Part shown: positions 18,376 through 24,440 of the stretch, in pieces | How positions within the stretch are numbered: position 1 is the first letter of the stretch | Layout: each line of letters starts with the position of its first letter | IMG/VR virus record: IMGVR_UViG_3300022670_000885 | Coordinates: 1 to 30,024 of that record | Source of the DNA: a virus | Lineage: Duplodnaviria > Caudoviricetes | Length of the DNA: 30,024 nt | Direction: 5' to 3' (one strand) | The notes under the pieces: generated by a model | Database searches by the model: none | Told to the model about the DNA's origin: nothing | What the model saw: only the letters and a program-made list of their open reading frames with translations | Made by a program: the position numbers and the translations under genes

Positions 18376-18554
18376 CTATCCACTCACCATTAATCTGCAA
18401 ACAATTAGTGCAAGTTCAGGCTTACATTCTCCTTTGTGTATTGCATTATTTTACCTACAAGATAATTGACAGCTTGAGGGTTTGCTTCTTTTATTGCAAT
18501 TTCTTCTTCACGATATACTCTTGCAGTCACCTTTAGAAAATCAACAAAATCCAT
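18376..18554 (-). pseudogene. Stand-alone GatB C-terminal (Yqey tail)-like protein with a frameshift
   Basis: MDFVDFLKVTARVYREEEIAIKEANPQAVNYLVGKIMQYTK, then the -1 frame gives GECKPELALIVCRLMVSG*. Frame 0 stops at 18405. Confidence 0.6.
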
Positions 18555-18692
18555 ATCAAATCACTTTTCCTTTCATATCTATTCACTCATACCCTTTTCA
18601 ATACAGATTTACCAGATTTTAAATTTACCATAACTTTCTGTACAATTCTTTATCTTTCTCAGTCCAATCAGGAGTATCTATCATATCTCTAT

Positions 18693-19193
18693 TCACTCAA
18701 CTATGTTGAAATAATGTTTACCTAACTCTTCATTTTTAGAATGGTTAAATGCCTTTATAAAAGATATTACTGCATTATCTTTTGTTTTTGCATAACCACA
18801 ATAATTATCATATTTATCAGAACGCACACAATATGCATCACCATCTTTTTCAACTTTAACATCTATGGGACTAAGAACTCCTGGTGCTGTTGAGAATGTT
18901 TGTGATATTTCGCATGTTAAATTTATGTTATAACATGGTGCCCAATAATATTGATAATTTGAGAGTATTTTCCCAATACGTTTGAGATGATTGTGCTTAG
19001 AAAATATGTAAAGTATCCTTCCAAATGGCCATTTTATTTTAATAACTACTTGACATTTTTTACATAACCTATTTCCATGTCTTATCTTCTTGTTAAACCA
19101 AAATTCTCTCCAGGTAACATATGGAGCATCTTCAGATTTGCATCTACTACAGCGAAAATATGGATTATGTTCTTTTTTATCCAATTCTTCCAT
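18693..19193 (-). CDS. Zn-finger protein with C-terminal HicB-like domain
   Basis: CSRC…CKKC; C-terminal VEKDGDAYCVRS…YCGYAKTKDNAVISFIKA. Confidence 0.55.
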   Translation of the reverse strand: MEELDKKEHNPYFRCSRCKSEDAPYVTWREFWFNKKIRHGNRLCKKCQVVIKIKWPFGRILYIFSKHNHLKRIGKILSNYQYYWAPCYNINLTCEISQTFSTAPGVLSPIDVKVEKDGDAYCVRSDKYDNYCGYAKTKDNAVISFIKAFNHSKNEELGKHYFNIVE

Positions 19194-19215
19194 AACTATT
19201 CACTCTCTTTTAGTT

Positions 19216-19494
19216 TCAATTTGAGTTCATCCTTATAATTCCATCCTTATTGGATGGTATCCGACCATAGATACACTCAGTTACTTTACACTCTATTCTG
19301 TTATCACCATACTTTTCGTAAATGACTTCCTTACCAGTTTTAAGAAACCAAACTTTTGGTTGAAAAAAAGGGTCTAATACTCTTACATGATAAATTAAAT
19401 GTCTAGCACAATAATTCACATCCTGACCACCAAGGTCTTTTGTTTTAAAGTCAGATTCTTCCATACAAACACCGACTCGGGTATCATCACACAT
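19216..19494 (-). CDS. Hypothetical protein
   Basis: 92 aa in a tightly packed operon. Confidence 0.6.
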   Translation of the reverse strand: MCDDTRVGVCMEESDFKTKDLGGQDVNYCARHLIYHVRVLDPFFQPKVWFLKTGKEVIYEKYGDNRIECKVTECIYGRIPSNKDGIIRMNSN

Positions 19495-19501
19495 ATCTAT
19501 C

Positions 19502-19642
19502 TCAACTCTTTACTATCTCATCGGCTATTTTAAGAGCTTCAGTTAGATTTTGAATAGATTGTGTTGTAGGTCCATAGGATACTATTTCCGAAACTTGTTT
19601 CCATTGTTGTTCATCTAAGGGTTTTACTTCTCTGAGAGCCAT
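19502..19642 (-). CDS. 46-aa hypothetical protein
   Basis: MALREVKPLDEQQWKQVSEIVSYGPTTQSIQNLTEALKIADEIVKS; TTTAAA box ~25 nt upstream (leaderless). Confidence 0.6.
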   Translation of the reverse strand: MALREVKPLDEQQWKQVSEIVSYGPTTQSIQNLTEALKIADEIVKS

Positions 19643-19678
19643 AATATAATATATTTATACTTTCTTTTAAATTTATAA

Positions 19679-19698
19679 AAAAAGAGAGGGGTTAATCC
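19679..19698 (-). terminator. Stop/oligo-T terminator GGATTAACCCCTCTCTTTTT (copy 1)
   Basis: Identical 20-mer at 20396-20415; TAA followed by a pyrimidine/T tract. Confidence 0.6.
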
Positions 19699-19820
19699 AA
19701 CTTGTGTTCTTTTTTGGATTTTTTGATGATTTCATCAAACTCTTTTTGATTCAGCATACCCTTAGTTGCTAGATGCTCACAAATTGCAATACAGAATCTT
19801 ACAGGGTCAGTATCACTCAT
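19692..19820 (-). CDS. 42-aa hypothetical protein
   Basis: ATGA overlap with the upstream ORF; MSDTDPVRFCIAICEHLATKGMLNQKEFDEIIKKSKKEHKLD. Confidence 0.6.
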   Translation of the reverse strand: MSDTDPVRFCIAICEHLATKGMLNQKEFDEIIKKSKKEHKLD

Positions 19821-20170
19821 GTCGTTTGCTGAAAATCAACAGTATGTATTGTTTGACGGTACGTTGCCCAATTATCATTTTGAATATCAATGTGCATATC
19901 GTTGAGTAATCTTATCACTAGAGTTAGTGGAGAATTATTAGGTAATACTATTGCCTCAAAGAATGGGCCTTCACCAACATTAAATTTGAGTTTGTTTGCC
20001 TCATCTTTCTGCTTGTTGATTATCTTTGCTCTATTTTTTATAACCCAATCCTCAATTATTTGTAATTGTTTTAGAGAAGGGACTGTGCTACCACCATGTT
20101 CGGTGGAGTATGTAGTAAAACGAGTAGATTCTCCTTTTTTGAATTTTAATTCTATTGTTTTATCATTCAG
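19817..20170 (-). CDS. 117-aa hypothetical protein with CTG start
   Basis: AAGGAGGTGA lies 6 nt before CTG; open frame MNDKTIELKFKKGESTRF…QQTT. Not in the ORF track. Confidence 0.65.
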   Translation of the reverse strand: MNDKTIELKFKKGESTRFTTYSTEHGGSTVPSLKQLQIIEDWVIKNRAKIINKQKDEANKLKFNVGEGPFFEAIVLPNNSPLTLVIRLLNDMHIDIQNDNWATYRQTIHTVDFQQTT

Positions 20171-20395
20171 TTTCTTTCACCTCCTTTTTGGTTGAACCAA
20201 TGTGACCTTGTACCGACTGGTGTAGCCGATACTGCCTTTATTGATTTATGAATAGAATTAGTTGTACTGTTATAAAATGATATGTGATGGCATCAAAGGA
20301 CATAAAAAACAACAAGTAATTCAAATCTGCAGGTATTGAGTATTTCCTGTTCTAGCCACCAATGAATATACTAGGACAAACTTGTATTAAAATAG

Positions 20396-20415
20396 AAAAA
20401 GAGAGGGGTTAATCC
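20396..20415 (-). terminator. Stop/oligo-T terminator GGATTAACCCCTCTCTTTTT (copy 2)
   Basis: Identical to 19679-19698. Confidence 0.6.
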
Positions 20416-20846
20416 TCATGCATTTCTAGATAATCTGTTTTTGAATGTTTTTCTAATGCTCCTCCGCCTAATAGTGATTGAATTATGTAGAGTTCGTTTT
20501 GTACATGTTTTACTTCTCTAGGTGAGCAATTTGGAAGGTCTTTGTGTAGAATTACAAGACGTCTATCAATTCGGTCTACTGTGTGTTGATTGGATCTGTC
20601 TTTATCTGAGCGTACTGTTTCTCTTCTATTATGCTCTAGTTGGCCTAAGAGTCTCTTTACTCGATTTAGAACCCATTGGTCATCTATGGAGATTTTGTAA
20701 TATTCACCGCTATTATTTTCTTTGGAAAATGTAAATGTTCCATCAGATGACTGTGATGTAGGATGACTAAGATCACATTGTATCTCTTTACTACATATCT
20801 CAGCATTATCAAGTGTTTGGTATTTTTTTATTGTTGTTTGTTCCAT
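20409..20846 (-). CDS. Hypothetical protein (145 aa)
   Basis: Likely start ATG 20846 (MEQTTIKKY), after GGAGGGG…GTGA. Confidence 0.65.
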   Translation of the reverse strand: MEQTTIKKYQTLDNAEICSKEIQCDLSHPTSQSSDGTFTFSKENNSGEYYKISIDDQWVLNRVKRLLGQLEHNRRETVRSDKDRSNQHTVDRIDRRLVILHKDLPNCSPREVKHVQNELYIIQSLLGGGALEKHSKTDYLEMHED

Positions 20847-20955
20847 TTTTTTATCACGCTTCCCCTCCTTTTGGTTGGAGAATTTATCAGACTGAATGCT
20901 CTCCTGGTGTGATTGCAAGGATTGCGTAGTGTGATGAGTGGATTTACCGTATTTG

Positions 20956-20970
20956 TTTAAAGGTATTATT
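20956..20970 (-). promoter_or_regulatory. Conserved viral promoter AATAATACCTTTAAA driving a leadered transcript
   Basis: Perfect motif, but no start codon at the usual 27-28 nt. Confidence 0.7.
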
Positions 20971-20996
20971 GAGAAAAAAGAGAATGGATGTATATT

Positions 20997-21275
20997 TTAT
21001 TTTCCATAATATGTTAAATTAAATTTATGCGGCCATCTTATCGTGAATTTTGTTTTTTTATCCGGACGCGCTTCTACTTCAACTACAAGCATGGACTCTT
21101 CTACATCAAAAGTAATTGAAGCATACTCTGATCTATCTCCCTGACAACATGATTGTGTTTTGATGCCGATTTTATTTAGCTCTCTAATTAGTGGGGTGAG
21201 GTCCTTGTCAATTTCTACTTGCTTACCGTTAATGTCTATGAACTCTGAAGGGTGACCGTTTGTGTGTTCGCTCAA
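20997..21275 (-). CDS. Hypothetical phage protein (ID..L..LI..LN..G..T..CC.G motif)
   Basis: IDKDLTPLIRELNKIGIKTQSCCQG. Confidence 0.65.
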   Translation of the reverse strand: MSEHTNGHPSEFIDINGKQVEIDKDLTPLIRELNKIGIKTQSCCQGDRSEYASITFDVEESMLVVEVEARPDKKTKFTIRWPHKFNLTYYGK

Positions 21276-21361
21276 TCTAATTCATCTCTCATTTTTATCC
21301 ATTTCTCTCTTGTCTTATCTATTGATTCCATTTCCTGATATTGTTGTAAGTTGAATCTCAT
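21272..21361 (-). CDS. 29-aa hypothetical protein
   Basis: Exactly fills the gap between coupled neighbours; MRFNLQQYQEMESIDKTREKWIKMRDELD. Confidence 0.5.
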   Translation of the reverse strand: MRFNLQQYQEMESIDKTREKWIKMRDELD

Positions 21362-21547
21362 CTACTTGGTTCTCCTTTCGGTTACGAGGGTTACATTAAT
21401 TCTTTCAGACGTTCCAAACTCTGTAAGTCTTTCTAACAAATCTCTACAATTCTTAGTAAATTCATATCCATATTCAAATTCATTTACTATTTTTGTTACA
21501 ATAATCTCAATATCTGTGAGGTCCGTACCCCTTGGCTGAACTGTCAT
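21362..21547 (-). CDS. Hypothetical protein (61 aa)
   Basis: Part of the coupled micro-ORF chain. Confidence 0.6.
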   Translation of the reverse strand: MTVQPRGTDLTDIEIIVTKIVNEFEYGYEFTKNCRDLLERLTEFGTSERINVTLVTERRTK

Positions 21548-21661
21548 TCACTCTTTTTCCTTTTTCAAAACAGGACAGTCGTCAGCATGAGCACTTATTA
21601 CAAATCTCCCTACACTACACCATAACATACAATTACATTCGGGACAGATTCTAATACCCAT
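21548..21661 (-). CDS. 37-aa Zn-binding micro-protein
   Basis: MGIRICPECNC…H…C; TAATG coupling. Confidence 0.55.
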   Translation of the reverse strand: MGIRICPECNCMLWCSVGRFVISAHADDCPVLKKEKE

Positions 21662-21786
21662 TATAATTTACCTCTACTACATCTTTTATGAATCAGTCCA
21701 AACTGTATAGGGTCCACACAGTAAGTATTATTAGACCAAAAAATGTATTCATTACAAATATTACATTTACCTGCTATACGGCTCAT
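21661..21786 (-). CDS. 41-aa Zn-binding micro-protein
   Basis: CNIC…HKRC; ATGA coupling. Confidence 0.55.
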   Translation of the reverse strand: MSRIAGKCNICNEYIFWSNNTYCVDPIQFGLIHKRCSRGKL

Positions 21787-21908
21787 CTCTCTAATTCCTT
21801 TTCTATTAATTTAATTTCATTTTCCCACTCCTCGTTAGTTCTTTTTTTTCTATCAACTTTAACACCAACAATCCTAGAATTTTTATTGATTTTGTATATT
21901 TCTATCAT
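21783..21908 (-). CDS. 41-aa hypothetical protein
   Basis: MIEIYKINKNSRIVGVKVDRKKRTNEEWENEIKLIEKELER; ATGA overlaps at both ends. Confidence 0.55.
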   Translation of the reverse strand: MIEIYKINKNSRIVGVKVDRKKRTNEEWENEIKLIEKELER

Positions 21909-22033
21909 TCAAGTAACTCCTTTAATTCAAATAAAATCTGACTTGCTTCTTCTTTAGTAATAGATATTCCAATGGGTTTAGTTAGTAAATGAATTGAATC
22001 GTCATCATATTTTACTAACTTATCGTCTGTCAT
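21905..22033 (-). CDS. 42-aa hypothetical protein
   Basis: MTDDKLVKYDDDSIHLLTKPIGISITKEEASQILFELKELLE; coupled at both ends. Confidence 0.55.
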   Translation of the reverse strand: MTDDKLVKYDDDSIHLLTKPIGISITKEEASQILFELKELLE

Positions 22034-22176
22034 TATCTCTGCCTCTTCTTATCCCAGTATGGAGATTTACAAGTTATTGATGCGCAAGTCTTTGGTTCAG
22101 GTGTAGTACTATACCAAACATGATCACATCTATTACATTCATGTCGGTAATACTCCCCATCAACCTTCTCACTCAT
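22033..22176 (-). CDS. 47-aa archaeal-type Zn-finger DNA-binding protein
   Basis: CNRCDHVW…PKTC…CKSPYW, a motif typical of small Zn fingers in archaeal viruses and plasmids. First gene left of the divergent promoter. Confidence 0.7.
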   Translation of the reverse strand: MSEKVDGEYYRHECNRCDHVWYSTTPEPKTCASITCKSPYWDKKRQR

Positions 22177-22185
22177 ATTATCTAA

Positions 22186-22253
22186 TATACTTCTTTAGTA
22201 TATATATGTTAATAGTATATACTACAAAAGTATATATGTACTATAGAAGTATA
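22186..22253. promoter_or_regulatory. Palindromic divergent promoter/operator
   Basis: 22-bp arms (20/22 match) around a perfect 12-bp palindrome TAGTATATACTA, between divergent ATGs 22176 and 22261. Confidence 0.7.
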
Positions 22254-22260
22254 GTATAAC

Positions 22261-22476
22261 ATGAAACAACCAAACACCACACAGAACAGAATAAAACTCA
22301 AAGAATCAATGCAGACAGAACTTGAAACAAATTTTCAAGAATACATTAAACTTGAAAAAACACTAACTACAAAGTCAGAGATTCAAAAGGCAACTGATGA
22401 CTTTGTAATACAAGACACTGAAATAAAAACGAGATATATCAAACTAAGCAGATCGCGCACTATGGAGATTATCTAA
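22261..22476 (+). CDS. Hypothetical coiled-coil protein
   Basis: First gene of the plus-strand operon. Confidence 0.65.
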   Translation: MKQPNTTQNRIKLKESMQTELETNFQEYIKLEKTLTTKSEIQKATDDFVIQDTEIKTRYIKLSRSRTMEII

Positions 22477-22886
22477 TGGCTCAAGAAATCGCCTCCAAGA
22501 GAACGGACCTACTACTAGAATGGGGCGAATCATCCATTAAAAGAACAGATGAATTAGAATCCCAGAAAACAAATGCAAAAGAGAAAATAGACATACTCAA
22601 AGGCGAGATCTCAATTGGTGAGAGAGAAACAAAAGGGATATCACTATTTGAGAATAACCATGTAACCATACATGATGATGAGTCATCTACCGTACTATCT
22701 GAGAGTGGCAAGTCTGAGTATTTGGTGAACAAACGAAACGGGACTTGTAAATGTAAGGATTATAAGTTTACGGGAAAATATGGGATAGTATGTAAACATA
22801 GGATAGCTGACAAGTTGGCAAGAACCGCACAGGATGAAGAATCTCATGATGAGGGAATAGTTACGTTTGCATCAGTGGAGGACTAA
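22476..22886 (+). CDS. SWIM zinc finger protein
   Basis: Y.V…TCKCKDY…CKH (CxC…CxH). Confidence 0.8.
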   Translation: MAQEIASKRTDLLLEWGESSIKRTDELESQKTNAKEKIDILKGEISIGERETKGISLFENNHVTIHDDESSTVLSESGKSEYLVNKRNGTCKCKDYKFTGKYGIVCKHRIADKLARTAQDEESHDEGIVTFASVED

Positions 22887-23188
22887 TGACTAGTAAAATA
22901 AGTAATGATCAAAAAATAATAGATAGAGATCAAATATTTGTTGGTTCACAAAATATACCATTAACTAAACAACGTATATTAAAAATTGCTTTTGAGCCAA
23001 GAATATGGGTAACTTACGCAATAATGGATGATGGTGGAGATAAAAAATATCAATTAACTTCTCAAGATGAGGAATTAACTCCTAAAGATATAATGGATAT
23101 CACACAGTTAAAACTCAAAGTTGAATCAAAATCAAAAAGTGAAAACTGGATACAATATGTGCTAATCCATACAGAGGATACAAACTAA
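22886..23188 (+). CDS. Hypothetical protein
   Basis: GGAGG RBS, TAATG coupling. Confidence 0.65.
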   Translation: MTSKISNDQKIIDRDQIFVGSQNIPLTKQRILKIAFEPRIWVTYAIMDDGGDKKYQLTSQDEELTPKDIMDITQLKLKVESKSKSENWIQYVLIHTEDTN

Positions 23189-23343
23189 TGCCTGAGAAAG
23201 ATCCATACAAAGAGGCCGTCAATATGTACCAAGCCTACATACTTGGCATCCCATATAATGGGAAAATCATAACCTGGGAGGACTTTGAAAAGGTGAGATT
23301 GATTTTGATTGCGCAGAAAGGGAATGAGAAGGATTGGGAGTAG
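23188..23343 (+). CDS. 51-aa hypothetical protein
   Basis: TAATG coupling; MPEKDPYKEAVNMYQAYILGIPYNGKIITWEDFEKVRLILIAQKGNEKDWE. Confidence 0.55.
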   Translation: MPEKDPYKEAVNMYQAYILGIPYNGKIITWEDFEKVRLILIAQKGNEKDWE

Positions 23344-23480
23344 AATCTTATTTGTTAGATAGTGAAATGAGTTAGGGTATTAAATATTTACTTAATATTA
23401 TATTAAGATTATGTTAAGATTTAATTTTATGTGCCTGTATATGAGGTTATTATAAAAACACTAAAAATTACCGAATAGAA

Positions 23481-24140
23481 TTAGTAAGTTTCATAGTAGG
23501 TATTGATTCTGGATATGAGTGATTCCTTGTAAGAGTTTGAATCTTTGATGAATTCCTGTGTGGTTCCACCCTCTTCTGATACTAGGATTACTATTTGTGG
23601 AACTGGTATGCCGGTTAGTTCTTTAAACATGATACTATATGCAGTAGCCTGGAGGAAATAATCACCCATCCATTCTTCTTTTTGTGGTTTTCTTTTTGTT
23701 TTGTAGTCTATAATGGATAGTATGCCGTTGTATTCTGCAATACAGTCTGCAGTACCTGCAACGTTGTATTTCTCACTAAACAACAATAGTTCAATCCCTT
23801 TGATATTATTGATACATTTGAGATATGGAAACAGTTGATTGTAGTGTAATTGTACAATTTTTGACGTTAATGATGGTATTTTGTTTTGTAGTGTTGTCTC
23901 TATGGCTTCGTGTGTTTTTGTGCCATAAATCTTGGATAATTCTGTAATATGATATGCAGCCTCTCCCTCATCTTCCTTCCATTTCTCCAAGATTTTTTTA
24001 GAATACTCTGGCTTTGTTTTGCCTAAAATTGTAGTGATTGATCGTGGTTTCTGGCCATTATCTCTTTTGTAATATCGATAATTTGGTTCATCAACTCTGG
24101 TAATTTTCTCAAATTCTACTGGTTTATGGATAAACTCCAT
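23481..24140 (-). CDS. PD-(D/E)XK exonuclease (phage Cas4-like/MGME1-like)
   Basis: SITTIL, GT..HEAIE, E, AGTADC…IIDYKT and QATAY motifs. Confidence 0.85.
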   Translation of the reverse strand: MEFIHKPVEFEKITRVDEPNYRYYKRDNGQKPRSITTILGKTKPEYSKKILEKWKEDEGEAAYHITELSKIYGTKTHEAIETTLQNKIPSLTSKIVQLHYNQLFPYLKCINNIKGIELLLFSEKYNVAGTADCIAEYNGILSIIDYKTKRKPQKEEWMGDYFLQATAYSIMFKELTGIPVPQIVILVSEEGGTTQEFIKDSNSYKESLISRINTYYETY

Positions 24141-24160
24141 GGATTGTATTGTAGTGTGTG

Positions 24161-24175
24161 TATGTAGGTATTATT
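24161..24175 (-). promoter_or_regulatory. Promoter variant AATAATACC-TACATA
   Basis: 27 nt upstream of exonuclease ATG 24140. Confidence 0.6.
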
Positions 24176-24180
24176 GTACA

Positions 24181-24417
24181 TCTGATCGCAAAGAGGGTAG
24201 AAAAAAGTATGAAAGTAAGATGTCATGGTTTTACGCCTAAACATGACATACATGACATCTTCTGACTATGTAATAAAACAATTCAAAACAATAATACCCC
24301 AACAAAACAATAAAGGAGTTCTCAATATACGTCATGTATGTCATGGTTACGCACGAAACCATGACATCACACCTTCACACCTTAAACAACATTAAACATT
24401 TCAACTCTGCGATCAGA
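24181..24417. repeat. Nested inverted repeats, candidate replication origin
   Basis: 38-bp arms 24219-24256 / 24331-24368 (33/38), outer 10-bp arms TCTGATCGCA, six CATGAC/GTCATG hexamers; immediately downstream of the primase-helicase. Confidence 0.7.
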
Positions 24418-24440
24418 AAATATGTTTGAAGTTACTGAGA

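Noticed and set aside
20997-21275. TYW3 tRNA methyltransferase
   Set aside because: Only the short N-terminal motif is similar, and at 92 aa the protein is far shorter than TYW3; left as hypothetical.
23481-24140. CRISPR-associated Cas4 or a CRISPR locus
   Set aside because: It lacks the four-Cys Fe-S motif, and no cas genes or regularly spaced repeat-spacer array were seen anywhere in the window.
24181-24417. MITE/IS element
   Set aside because: No clear target-site duplication or transposase; iteron content and position next to the helicase favour an origin.
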